Part shown: piece after piece, positions 27,837 through 41,390 of the stretch
Numbering within the stretch: position 1 is the stretch's first letter
Layout of the letters: the number at the start of each line of letters is the position of its first letter
Source: Octopus sinensis
Taxonomy: Eukaryota
Reading direction: 5' to 3'
Length of the DNA stretch: 64,000 nt
Assembly (NCBI RefSeq): GCF_006345805.1
Contig: NC_043008.1
Span: forward strand, 51,460,001 to 51,524,000
Program-made: the position numbers and the translations under genes
Notes under the pieces: model-generated
Told to the model about the DNA's origin: nothing
Database searches by the model: none
What the model saw: the letters and a program-made list of their open reading frames with translations, nothing else

Positions 27837-28240
27837 CATACATAAATACACACATACACACATATAGATATAGGGCGTCTGTATCTGTGTCTGAGTTTAC
27901 ATACACACACATACATATCTATATATATATATATATATATATATAGATGTAAGCTACGTGTAATTATCCTAGGAAATAGACTCTAGTAATGTTTACATAC
28001 GATATGTAAAAAACAGCTGATATATGGACATTGGAGAAGAAATCTGTCGGTTGTACTCACTTATGTCTTACATAAGTGTTGGTGGTTTTTTAAGTAGGTT
28101 TCCTACGTGTTTTTTTATTACCTTCTTGAAATTCTTCCTCACTAGGATATATATTATATGTGTGGTATAGATGAGTAGCGTGCACGTATGCATTACGTAT
28201 ACTTGTTTATGTACGTGTATGTGATTATGTGAGTGCATGT

Positions 28241-28277
<37 letters not shown>

Positions 28278-28361
28278 TGTGTGTATGAGGATACGTAAAT
28301 GTATATGTAGAACAAGCATCTTTTCAAACTTGTTAGTCGGGTGGTCCTTGTGTTTATTACA

Positions 28362-28429
28362 TAAATGAAGGTACAGACAAAATAAGTAATTTATAAATAT
28401 GTGTGTGTATGCATATATATATATATACA

Positions 28430-28504
<75 letters not shown>

Positions 28505-28538
28505 GAAGGTACAGACAAAATAAGTAATTTATAAATAT
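28362..28538. repeat. Local direct duplication within a TA microsatellite
   Basis: aaatgaaggtacagacaaaataagtaatttataaatat occurs at 28362 and 28501. Confidence 0.85.
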
Positions 28539-28618
28539 ATGTGTGTATGTATGTATGTATATATATATATATATATATATACATACACACACACATATAT
28601 ATACATATATGTATACAT

Positions 28619-28649
<31 letters not shown>

Positions 28650-29350
28650 CACAAATGCACTACCACAAATACATGCATACATAAATGCATTCACACACAT
28701 ATATGTACATACACACATACCTACCTACATAAATACATAGCTACAGACACACACATATATACACACATATGTACACATATATTTACACACACACACACGC
28801 GCGCACGCGCAGTTCATTTCTAAAACACAACATGATGTTGCTGCCAAATTCTCTTTCAAAAACCGACATGGGTTTTATATTGTTGATAGCTGCTTTTTTT
28901 TCTGGTTGTTGTTTATAAACGCTGTTGTTGTTGTTGCCTTGTTCATCTCGTTGTTGTTATTGTCGTCGTTGTTGTATTTTTATTCTCATCATCTTCGTTG
29001 TTGTTATTGTTGTTGCCTAGACATCAGACATCTTGCATCTCCACGAACCGACTCGAGAATATTTCCTTTAAGACTATTTCACCTGTAGGCGCAGGCGTAG
29101 TTGTGTAGTAAGAAGCTTGTTTCCCAACCATATGGTTCCGAGTTCAGTCCCACCGAGCGGCACATTGGGCAATCCGCGAAGTAGGAACAGTACTGTACTG
29201 TATATAATAATTTTTTTTTTTATAATTTGTATATATTTATTTTATTATAAATGCAAAACAACACCACGACCGAATCGATGTAAACTTAAATAATAAACCA
29301 AGACAGGTGAGCCGCGACATGGCGAGGGATTACTGTGTATATATATATAC

Positions 29351-29400
<50 letters not shown>

Positions 29401-29406
<6 letters not shown>

Positions 29407-29578
29407 TAAGGCTGCAAAAACAACACAAAATATTAAACAAAAAACAAAAAAACTGCTACTTAGAGATTCACGTTCGTTGAACAATTTTGATTGAGATTCT
29501 CAATCAAACTTGAACGTGAAACTCTGAATCGCAGTTTTTTGTGATATTTTTGTGATGTATTTGTAGCTTTAATAATAA
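29401..29578. repeat. Palindromic fold-back element
   Basis: Central perfect stem tttgattgag/ctcaatcaaa (29486-29508) with imperfect arms of about 85 bp. Confidence 0.8.
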
Positions 29579-29648
29579 CGCATATTACTCTTCCTCCGGT
29601 ATTCGAGTACTATTTTCCCACCTTGTTTCACATTTATGTGCTCACTCT

Positions 29649-29733
<85 letters not shown>

Positions 29734-29877
29734 CATATATATATATATATATTATATATATTATATATATACATATGTATGTATGTATATATATGATTTA
29801 GTTGCAAGGATTCATTAGGATCTTGGTGCGTCAATGCTTAGGACGCCGGGAATTAATGGCTAGGTAGGATAACATAG

Positions 29878-30122
29878 GTGGAGACGCGTGGCTTAGTGGT
29901 TAGGATGTTGGACTCATGATCATAAGATTGTGCTTTCGATTTCTGGACTGGGTGACACTATGTGGTCTTGAGCGAGACACTTCATTTCACATTGCTCCAG
30001 TCCACTCCGCTGGCAACAAGGAATGATCCTGCGACGGACTGGCGTCCAGGTGGGAAATGTATATGCCATGAAACCGGGAGACCGGCTCTAATGAGTCGGT
30101 ATGACTCGGGAAGGTAACTTTA
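29878..30122 (+). mobile_element. SINE family 3 (CORE-like)
   Basis: gtggcttagtggttagg, gctttcgatttct, cttgagcgagacacttcatttcacattgctccagtccactc..gactggcgtccaggtgggaaatg. Confidence 0.85.
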
Positions 30123-30751
30123 CTAGAGCATAGAGATCTCAGTGAGGTAAAAAAACATTGATTGCACCAGGTGTTAGTAGGATAGTGTAAATATGCAAGT
30201 ATCAAATCCAATTTAAACCGTATATCCGACTCTGGAGCCCGTTCTTGGTGAGGCGTAGGTGTAAAAATCAACACAAATGGCGTTTAAAATCTACAACTGT
30301 TTCGACGGGATTTTATTAATGTATTCATAATTGATATAACATAATCTACTATCATCAGGTGAAATTTTAAACAAGTCTCATTTTAAATAGTGTATGCTTC
30401 TTACAACAACCTTGACAGATCCAATATCAGCTGGATTACCTGTTTCAAGATGTGTTATGATATCAAGCAATCAAGATGATTGATTATTTAAAAACGGACA
30501 TGTTTTAACGTGACCTGTTTAGAATTATCTGATGATGGTGGATCATAAGTTATGATTTAATCTTCAATAAACGCATTAATAAAATGCTACTGAAACAGCT
30601 GTGGTAAACGCCATTTGTGTTTACTTATATATTTAGTTTTATAGTCAAATAAATGTCCTGGGAACTGATTTTTCATTTGATAATAACCTAATTTCATAAC
30701 TGAATCGTTGATTATCATATATACCATGTATTGCTTTCTATGATATGCACA

Positions 30752-30945
30752 AGGCCTGAAATTTTAAGTTTAGGAGTAGGTCAATTACATCGACCCCAGT
30801 GCGAGACCGGTTCTTATTTTATCGACACCGAAAGTCTGAGAGACAAAGTCGACCTCGGTGGAATTGGAACTTAGAACGTAAAGACGGACGAAAAGCTGCT
30901 AAGCATTTTGTCCGGCGTGCTAACGATTCTGCTAGCTCACCGCCT
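30752..30945 (-). mobile_element. SINE family 1 copy
   Basis: aaggcctgaaatttt..atcgaccccagtgcg..aaagtcgacctcggtggaattggaact..cggcgtgctaacgattctgctagctcaccgcctt. Confidence 0.85.
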
Positions 30946-31704
30946 TAAAATATAGCATATTTGTTCACGCCGTAGAGAATCGCATTTATTTTTTATAAAA
31001 CTTTCCATTCTTTCGAAAATTTACAAAATCGTAATGATTGTTAGACATTTCAGAAATTATTGGAGTAAATGTTTCATTTCCCTATGTTTATATAACTACC
31101 AAATTCTCCAGTATTCTATGGAGCTTCGATCGATTAACCGTTTGCAGGACTATGGGTTAATCATGTAATTTATATTCTTGAACACACATCTAACTTACTA
31201 ATTATACAAAAATTACTAATTACATCACACATGTTACGTACTGAAATTTCACGGTTCATTTTTTTTCAACAGCTTCACTTTTATCTTGGATTGATATATA
31301 TTGGAGTTTACGTTTGGCGCTAACACTAACGCTCTCGTTTCTGTTACTTGTAGAAGTCATCAGACAATCTCCCAAAATGTCGGTATTGCTGCTAATAAAC
31401 ACAGCGCAAATAACGCATGTAAACACACACAGTTCACCCCCCCCCCACCTGTGGCCGCACTGAAAACTAGACTGGCGGTTACGATTATTTCAAATTATCC
31501 CCTTATAATTTATGCGAATCAAAAGCGTTGCGGATCATCAGTTGCCGGAAAATCGGTGGTGTAGCAGCATTTGTATACTTATACAGGTGTAGGTATTGTT
31601 GTGTCGTTAGAAGTTTCCTTTGAAACCACACGGTTTCGGGTTCAGTCCCACCACGTGGCACCTTGGGTGGCTGCCTTGCTATAGCCTCAGGCCGACATTT
31701 CCAA

Positions 31705-32060
31705 TTTTTTACAGGTGTCCAAAAACAGTTGTGCGAGATGTTTGAAGTTCTGATGAAAGTTTTCGAATCTTTGTTCTGGGATTTTGTTCAACCAAAGCAT
31801 TCAATCCAGTATACCTAATAACTGATTTTGGCCTACCCCTTGGTTTATTTTCAAGGCAATCATCTCCTGAACGTGAGCTGTACGGTTCTGATATCAACAA
31901 AACCATTACCAAAAGCTCGCTTGATATTCCGTAGAGTGTCTGCGGCAGAGTGACCCAGTTTGTACTCATACGAGAAAATCACTCAACTTAGTTTAGTTGT
32001 TATTATTTTCATAAGGTCTGTGGGTACGAATTTTGTATACCAATATTGTTGGGAAAGAAA
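31705..32060 (-). mobile_element. Mariner transposase N-terminal (HTH) remnant
   Basis: ORF 31709-31969 LENKPRGRPKSV..LNALVEQNPRTKIRKLSSELQTSRTTVFGHL fits the mariner GRP/HTH pattern. Confidence 0.75.
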
Positions 32061-32138
32061 GGTATACATAGTTGTGTTGAGTTTTTAAATGACTGAAATA
32101 ACAAGTAATTAAAAATGCGACATTTCATGTGAAACAAC

Positions 32139-32211
<73 letters not shown>

Positions 32212-32331
32212 TACATGAATCCATCGTAAATATATATATATATATATATATGATATAAATAAACGTACATACATTCCTTCCCGCAAAGCAAATTAAATAA
32301 AATTTGGGAATTTCTGCGGAGGGTGAAAGCG

Positions 32332-32534
32332 TAAGATTAGGTAGGGTATATAATACCACTTGCTAAAATTACAGCCATTGCTCCGAAAAACACCATAAAA
32401 ATTACTATAAAGATAATTTTTATGGTAATTTTTACGATAATGTTTATGGTAATTATTATGGTAATTTTTGTGGTGTTTTTAGGAGCAATGGCTCTAGTTT
32501 TAGGAAACGGTATTATATACCCTACCTAATCTTA
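32332..32534. mobile_element. MITE with ~80-bp inverted arms
   Basis: taagattaggtagggtatataatacc..agccattgctcc..aaaaacaccat vs gtggtgtttttaggagcaatggct..ggtattatataccctacctaatctta; TA at both termini. Confidence 0.8.
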
Positions 32535-33361
32535 AATTACTTTATATTGTGCCTGTAAAGGATGAAACTCGCTAGCCACCTTATTATCACTGAATATAAA
32601 CGGTAATAATGCTACTTTATATATATATATATATATATATATAGGATGGATTTATTTCAGGTTCCGCCAACTAAATCTACTCATAAGACATTAGCCGACC
32701 TAGGGACTATAGTTGAATTCTCTTGCCCAAGGTGCCACGTTCCTTTGGGGACTTAACTAGTCTCAGCTAACAGTCTTCAAACATTGTTTAAGAACAACCC
32801 GACTGCATTTCTACAAACGAGAGAAGGAAAATGAACCTTTATGGCCGACAGACTTCAAATATATCGAAAAATGTATTTGTGCTGTGAAGTTTCTGAACTG
32901 AATGCAGACGTTGTTATTGTACACGCTCGTTCTTGTTGTTGTTGCTGTTGTTATCGTTTTTGTCTCATTTTATTCTCCGACGATGCCATTACGACTGTGA
33001 TGAGGTGAGTCAGTCCTTTATGTAGTCATAGTGTATCTAAGAGTATATTAGTAATTGTTGCATACTTCCTTTCTTGAAGATAACAGCGTCTTGATTAAAG
33101 TGAGACTTCGTTTTTTATTGCTCATGAGTCCATCATGCGTGATTTTAGTTTTATGGCTATTGTTATTATTTTTGATAATGTGTTGCTTTTGATATATATA
33201 TATATATATATATGTACATGTGTATATATCTATATATATCTACACATATCTACATATGTATACATACATATATATATGTATGTATAGGTGTATTATATAT
33301 ATGTATATATATACACATATATATACTTATATATTTACATATATACCTATATATATATATA

Positions 33362-33403
<42 letters not shown>

Positions 33404-33774
33404 ATATATATGTATACATACATATATATGTTATACATATACATACCTAATACATATACATGAACATATATACATACATACATATATTACTATACATACA
33501 CGCACATATGCACACTTATACACGCTCAAATATAGACATATACGCAGATGTTTGTGTGTGTGTGTTTTCGTGTGTGTATGAATTCATGTACCTGTAAACA
33601 ATATTCTACATGATTATCAAAAGCAGATTAATCTTGAGCTCAGCTGATCTAGACTCGCGTTTGTAGACTCTACCACACAGAATGCATAAAAAAGGCTCTG
33701 AACAACAAGAAAGACATAAACCACCGTCAACTGTATCATTTCACAACTACCACCTTAAGAAGAAGAACAAAAAC

Positions 33775-34546
33775 GACCATTACCACCACCACCACCACCA
33801 CCACCACCACCACCACCATTACCACCACCACCACCACCATTACCACCACCACCACCACCACCACCACCACCATTACACCACCACCACCACCATTACCACC
33901 ACCACCACCACCATTACCACCACCACCACCACCACCATTACCACCACCACCACCACTACTACCACAACCACCACCACCACCACCACCACCACCACCACCA
34001 CCACTACCACCACCACCGTCGTCATCATCATTATCAGGGCCCACCACAACATCAGCTACAACACAACACTGACCACAACCAACACCGCCACTACCACTAC
34101 CACTACCATCACAGCTACAACGTCCAGCCTCCTCTTCAGTTTGTCAATACCATTTCGAGGAGATGCTGGTCAAAACCATATCCACACTCCTATACTACAT
34201 TCTCATCTAGTTCTCCCCAGCCGTTCTTGCCTGTCCATCCAATCCGCTTCAACAGCTACTTTCATTATCTCTCCTATTCTACTATAATTTCTAAACTCTT
34301 CCTCCCAAACTCTTCCCCTCTTTGTCCTTCCTTCCTTCCTTCCTTCCTTCCTTCCTTCGCCTACTTCTATTTTCTCTTCTTTAATCACTTTCAAAATCGC
34401 ACATTATATTTTCTTTCTGCCTCCTCCTCCACCTCTTCGTTTGCCTCGCCCTCCTTCTTTAAGTTTTGCCTTGCTCACTTTCACTTCTGCATCTCCAACT
34501 TATTCAAATTCCTTCTTCTTTATCATCATCATCATCATCATCATCG

Positions 34547-34586
<40 letters not shown>

Positions 34587-34654
34587 TATCATCATCATCA
34601 TCATCTTATTCTTCTTATTATTATTCTTGTTCTTCTTCGTCTCTTTCTTCTTCT

Positions 34655-34701
<47 letters not shown>

Positions 34702-35205
34702 TTCTTCTTCTTCTTCTTCTTCTTCTTCTTCTTCTTCTCCATCTTTTTCTTCTAATTCTTCTATTTCATTTTGCTCCTCTTCCTCCATTTTCTCCACCTT
34801 CCTCTCTTCCTCTCCTCTTTCCTCTTTTCCCCTTCTTATTCTTCCTTTTCTCTTCTCTTCCATCTACCACCACCACCACCACCACCACCACCACCACCAC
34901 TACCACCACCACCGCCACCACCACCACCACCACTACCACCACCACCACCACCACCACTACCAACACCATCACCACCACCGCCGCCGCCACCACCACCACC
35001 ACCACCACCGCCGCCACCACCACCGCCGCCGCCACCACCACCACCACCACCACCACCAACCGCGCCGCCGCCACCACCACCACCACCACCACCACCACCA
35101 CTACCACCACCACCACCATCGTCATCATCATTAGCAGGGCCCACCACAACATCAGCTACAACACAACACTGACACAACCAACACCGCCGCCACCACCGCC
35201 ACCAC
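33775..35205. repeat. Large compound trinucleotide block (ACC)n, (ATC)n, (TTC)n with a duplicated unique module
   Basis: Direct reading; unique segment gtcatcatcatta.cagggcccaccacaacatcagctacaacacaacactga at ~34020 and ~35120. Confidence 0.9.
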
Positions 35206-35453
35206 CACCTCCCTCTCGCCCAGCATCGTTCTCGCCGATCCATCCAATCCGCTTCATCAGCTACTTTCACTATCTCTCATATTTGCTGTTCACTGAACAC
35301 TGGACTCACGCTGCGCTGCTCCAATTTACCGCTCTTATGAACATCGCTACAATGTTGCTTTACAGCCTGACGATTTTCCATCATATAGTCGTGCGCCTGT
35401 GTGTGTAGAATTCTGCGTTTGCCTGTATGTATATATGTTCTTGTGTATGTTTG

Positions 35454-35504
<51 letters not shown>

Positions 35505-36208
35505 CCGTATATATACGTACACAAATATGTATATATATACATACAGATATATATATATTAATATATATATTATATATGCCAGGATATATATACAAACATA
35601 CACACACACACACACACACACAACACATTATATATATATATATATTATATATATGTATATTATATGTAAATATATATATGTATATATATATATGTATATA
35701 TAATATATTTATATATATAATATGTTGTATATACATATATATATATACGGTCAAGTTAGCGAACCGACCTACCCGTGTCATATATAATGTATGTATATGT
35801 GTGGTATCATATTACTGATGTATATATGCATATATTATTCATGTATACAGATCTATATATATGTATATATATGTGTGTATGTCTATATACGCACGCATAT
35901 TTGTGTGTGTGTATGAACTCACTAGCATCGCCTCTCAATATATCTATGCAATATATATATATATATATATATAAATATATATATATGTATATATATACAT
36001 ATGCGTATGCATATACATATGTATGTATATTTGTTTATATGTATGTGTGTATGCATGTATGTATATGCATCTCACAAGATTACGAGAATAATCATTGCCT
36101 ACATTGATAGCAATGAGTTCTCTCAAATCTAACGCATGAAAATGCATGCTGTACTGTATCTACGGCCTATATAATATTAACGTTTCTTTCTCCCCCCCCT
36201 TCGTTCCT

Positions 36209-36266
<58 letters not shown>

Positions 36267-36453
36267 TTGCTTTCTTTCTTTATTTCTCTCTTTCCTTTTT
36301 TTCTTCATTTATTTTTTTCTGTCCTTATGTAAATGCGTATACGTATGGGATCGTGTATGTATCTGCCCCGATATATATATACATTATATATAATATTGTA
36401 TATATATATATGCATATATGCATTATATATAATATATTATATATATATATATA

Positions 36454-36494
<41 letters not shown>

Positions 36495-36519
36495 GCCTAT
36501 ATGCATGATATGTAATGTG

Positions 36520-36554
<35 letters not shown>

Positions 36555-37029
36555 TATATGCTTATATGGATGTGTATATATATATATATATGCATATTGC
36601 ATTATATATAATGTATATTATATTATATTATTATATAATATATATATATATGCATATATGCATTATATATAATGTGTGTATATATATATGCACTATATAT
36701 AATGTGTATATATATATATAGAGATAGATAGATAGATAGATAGATAGATACACACAGACCAATTACATTGTATACAACTTATGTAGTGCTGTTCCTCAGT
36801 GTTTGTATAAATTACTTATGCTATCCCATCATGCTTATCTATTCCACTTTAGGCTTTTTTTTCTTAGTCCCATCATTGTTTTCCCTCCAAAATATATTTC
36901 TTCATTTCTTCCTTCGTCTTTTTTTTTTATTTCTTTATTTCTATTCTGCTACATTTTTTTCTTTTTCTTTTTTTTTCTCCTGCCAACATTCTTTCCCCAT
37001 TTTTGAATATAATTATTATTAATAATATT

Positions 37030-37129
37030 TCATTTCTTCTTCTTCTTCTTCTTCTTCTTCTTCTTCTTCTTCTTCTTTTCTTCTTCTTCTTCTTCTTCTT
37101 CTTCTTCTTCTTCTTCTTCTTCTTCCTCC

Positions 37130-37161
<32 letters not shown>

Positions 37162-37231
37162 CTCTTCCCCTTCTTCTTCTTCTTCTTCTTCTTCTTCTTC
37201 TTCTTTCTCGTTTTCTTCCCGAGCGTGGTTT

Positions 37232-37263
<32 letters not shown>

Positions 37264-37478
37264 TATTATTATTATCATTATTATTATTATTGTCTTCGTC
37301 GTCGTCGTCGTTGTTGTCGTTGTTATTATTGTTATTGCTTGTCTCATTCGATCAATCCCACTTCCTCGGTGCACAGCACATTTACTGGTTCTTTGCTGCT
37401 CTGCTAAGTACGTAAACGTGTGTGCAATCAACCTATCTACAACAGCAACAACAGCAACAACAACAACAAATACTACTA

Positions 37479-37539
<61 letters not shown>

Positions 37540-37595
37540 TACTACTACTACTACTATACTACTGCTACTACAACTACTACTACTACTACTACCAT
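37030..37595. repeat. Compound microsatellite (TTC)n, (ATC)n, (ATT)n, (GTC)n, (AAC)n, (ACT)n
   Basis: Direct reading. Confidence 0.95.
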
Positions 37596-38106
37596 GTCGA
37601 GGCCTTCATGCGAGCTAATCGATGCGCATAGCTAAGTGCAGTTTCTGTTTCCCCAGGTGTGCAGGGGCGATATTGGTTTTAGATGGGTGAAGAGTTGCTT
37701 GCCTTGCATCCAATTTGCTCATTTGTTTGTTTTGATTTATTTGTTTGTCATTGTATTATTCTGCTGTCGTCGAAGTCGTCGTCCTCGTTGCTGTTGTTGT
37801 TGTTGTTGTGAACATTGTTGTTGCCATTGCTTATTATTGTGAAAGATTTTTTATAATTTAGAGAGGTGACGTGATAGTGTGAAACGTATATATTAAGTTA
37901 TGTCTCTGTTGGGTTGCGTATTCCGCTATGCAAGTTGTGATAATGTGTAGAGAGTACCATGTATTTATAGCAATGTACTAATGTGCTGTCATCGTCTATC
38001 TAGGATTATATATAGGGATGAGTATTCTTTCTTAACCACTTTTGCCCCAACTTCGATTTTCCAACAATGTGTGCTCCACCGTCAATAGGCAATGTTCATA
38101 TTCATA

Positions 38107-38845
38107 AGGCGGCGAGCTGGCAGAATCGTTAGCACGCCGGGCGAAATGCGTAGCCGTATTTCGTCTTGCATTACGTTCTGAGTTCAAATTCCGCCGAGGT
38201 CGACTTTGCCTTTCATCCTTTCGGGGTCGATAAATTAAATACCAGTTACGCACTGGGGTCGATACAATCGACTTAATCCGTTTGTGTGCCCTTGCTTGTA
38301 CTCTCTGTGTTTAGCCCCTTGTGGGCAGTAAAGAAATAATTACGTTCTGAGTTCAAATTCCGCCGAGGTCGACTTTGCCTTTCATCCTTTCGGGGTCGAT
38401 AAATTAAGTACCAGTTACGCACTGGGGTCGATACAATCGACTTAATCCGTTTGTGTGTCCTTGCTTGTACTCTCTGTGTTTAGCCCCTTGTGGGCAGTAA
38501 AGAAATAATTACGTTCTGAGTTCAAATTCCGCCGAGGTCGACTTTGCCTTTCATCCTTTCAGGGTCGATGAATTAAGTACTAGTTACGCACTGGGGTCGA
38601 TACAATCGACTTAATCCGTTTGTCTGTCCTTGTTTGTCCTCTCTGTGTTTATCCCCTTGTGGGTAGTAAAGAGATAGGGATTTCGTTTGTTTTTACGTTC
38701 AGATTTCAAATTCCGCCGAGGTCGACTTTGCCTTTCATCCTTTCGGGGTCTATAAATTAAGTACCAGTTGCATACTGGGGTCGATTTAATCGGCTGATCC
38801 CCTCCCCCAAATTTCGGACCTTGTGCCTGGAGCAGAAAGGAATAT
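38107..38845 (+). mobile_element. SINE family 1 tetramer: one head plus four tandem body units
   Basis: Unit start tacgttc at 38172, 38341, 38510 and 38694 (spacing 169, 169, 184 bp); the fourth unit has the alternative cccccaaatttcggaccttgtgcct tail. Confidence 0.92.
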
Positions 38846-39209
38846 TCATATTCATACATGCGTATAAACATAGATACATGCATACACGCACATACACATA
38901 TGGAATAATAATAAGAAGCATTTGCGTTTTCCTTTTATATTGCCCTGAATTAGTTCTAGAACATATTGTTAGAGTGAAATCCTTTCAAAATACAATAACA
39001 TGCATTGTAAAACGAGTTATCACAAATCAAATTATTTCGAAATGAATTATTATAGATTCCAAAATGTCACATCACATCCAAAATACATTACGGATTCCAA
39101 AGTATATTAAAATGATTTCAAAATATCTTATTAAACTCTTCAAAGTCCATAAATGATAAAATTGCATCAAAGTACTTCTAACATAAATAGGAGGTTTTTT
39201 TGCGTTTCA

Positions 39210-39635
39210 AATTTGGACATAACGCCAGCAGTTATATATCGAGCAGTAAATCGATTAGATCGACCCCAGTGTTCGACTGGTTCTCATTTTATCGATCTCG
39301 AAATGATGAACAGCGAAGCTGACCTTGGCGGAATTTGAAATTCAGAACGTGGAATCGGAAGAAATTTTGCCAAGCAATTTCTTCGGCGTGCTAACGATTC
39401 TGCTATCTCCCACAAATAATCTTTTCAACTGGAAACACAAGGTCTCAAATCTGGGGGAAGGATTAAGTCGATTATATCGACCCCAGTGCATAACTAATAT
39501 TTATTTAATCGACCCGGAAAGGATGAAAGGCAAAGTCGACCTCGGCGGAATTTGAACTCAGAATATAACGGCAGACGAAATACTGCTAAACGTTTCGCCC
39601 GGCGTGCTAACGATTCTGCCAGCTCGCCGCCTTAT
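39210..39635 (-). mobile_element. Two tandem SINE family 1 copies
   Basis: Two successive family cores ending cggcgtgctaacgattctgc at ~39400 and ~39620. Confidence 0.85.
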
Positions 39636-40451
39636 CTTGCACAAATAATTATAGCAATGATAATGTTGGTGACGATGTTGTGAGAACATGCTTTTGTCTA
39701 GTAGTGAACAAAGTTGAAGAATTTGCAGTTCTCTAATGAACCATACCAATCGAAACAAGAACCAGATCGATTCTACTTGTAGTTCTTTCCAAATGAATGG
39801 ACCCAATCAATAACTGCTCCCTCCCGTACATCCTGCCATAATATTTCAAGTGAAATTAAACCAAACTGATGGGTTAAACTATGGAACCTCTACATGGCGA
39901 TTCAACCTGTTTAAAATAGCAGATAAATCTCCATCAAGTTACAATCTACCGTCGAGAAAAGAGCAGGAAATAACGGACAACTGTAGTCGTTGAAGGTCAA
40001 TATTCGAGAGAACTATGAGGTGGTCGGAGCTTGAACACCGTTGCTGTTAGATCTGCTGGAACGAGTCTGACTTAGGCAGGAATTTAAAGAACAACAACAA
40101 AATAATCCAATGAAGTAGCTTTAAGTAGTTGCACGATCTACTGCAATAAGCAGACGAACTCCGCTCAAATAGCATTTTACTCTCGTGTGTTGATGGTGCA
40201 ATCCTTGAAGCGGATCCGCAAGGCTCGAGTGATTGATGAATTGGTCGTGGCTGGAAAGCTTTTGGATAGAAATTTGCCGGACCAGGTCAGACCTGTGGAT
40301 AAAGGATTAACATCAACAAAAATAAGTCAACAAGGAAAACCTGTGCGCTGTGAATATTAGCTCGCTAGAAATAGTAGCCAAATCACAAATCACAATCCGC
40401 TTTCTTGGAAAAGGAAAGGGCTCAGTGGAAAATTATGTTCCGGATGGAGAG

Positions 40452-40702
40452 ACTACTACTACTACTACTACCACCACCACCACCATCACCACCACTACTA
40501 CTACTACCACCACCACTACCACCACCACACCCACCACTACCACTACCACTACTACTACTACCACCACAACCACCACCATCACCACCATCACCACCACTAC
40601 TACTACTACTACTACCACCACTACTACTACCACCACCACCACCACCACTACTACTACCACTACTACTACTACTACTACTGCAGCAGCAGTAGTAGAAATA
40701 AG

Positions 40703-40736
<34 letters not shown>

Positions 40737-41075
40737 ACAGCAGTAGCAACAACAAATGCATCCATAACAACAACAGTCACAACAGCTTCAGCATCAACAA
40801 CAACAACATGAAGAAAGCAAAAAAAAAAGACAAAAAACAACAGCGCTCAGTTAAGAAAAGCTACAGCGCCAATATCATCATCTGCAGCAACAACAACAAC
40901 AACAACAGCAACAAGAACGGTAACAACAAAAACGGCAGCACCAGTAGCAACAGCAACAGAGGAACCAGCAACAGAAGCAGCAGCAAAAAACAGCAGCAGC
41001 AAACGCAGCAGCAGCAACGACAGTGTTATTAGTTACAATAGCAGCGACAACAACTGCAACACCAGCAACAGGCAA
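40452..41075. repeat. Compound (ACT/ACC/AGC/AAC)n microsatellite
   Basis: Direct reading. Confidence 0.9.
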
Positions 41076-41154
41076 TAATAAAGAAATAAACAAAATAGGC
41101 GGCTGTGAGGTGCGGGGAGGGGGTGGGGTGGATTGTTCCCCAATTATTTGGTAA

Positions 41155-41390
41155 TTATTTCTTTACTACCCACCAAGGGCTAAACACAGAGAGGACAAAC
41201 AAGGACAGACAGACGGATTAAGTCGATTATATCGACCGCAGTGCGTAACTGGTACTTAATTTATCGACCCTGAAAGGATGAAAGGCAAAGTTGACCTCGG
41301 CGGAATTTGAACTCAGAACGTTGCGGCAGACGAAATACGGCTACGCATTTCGCCCGTGTGCTAACGTTTCTGCCAGCTCGCCGCCTTCCG
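41155..41390 (-). mobile_element. SINE family 1 full copy
   Basis: tttctttactacccaccaagggctaaacac...ctaacgtttctgccagctcgccgcctt. Confidence 0.9.

Noticed and set aside
28068-28718. 216-aa ORF and the many other YI/CV/HT-rich ORFs
   Set aside because: Dinucleotide and tetranucleotide microsatellite artefacts
34227-35408. 393-aa ORF and overlapping long ORFs
   Set aside because: Composed of poly-H/L/T/P from (ATC)n, (TTC)n and (ACC)n; these trinucleotide tracts lack stops in several frames and no domain is present
38172-38845. Regularly spaced repeats superficially like a CRISPR array
   Set aside because: Units are 169-bp SINE bodies with no unique spacers, in a eukaryotic context with no cas genes
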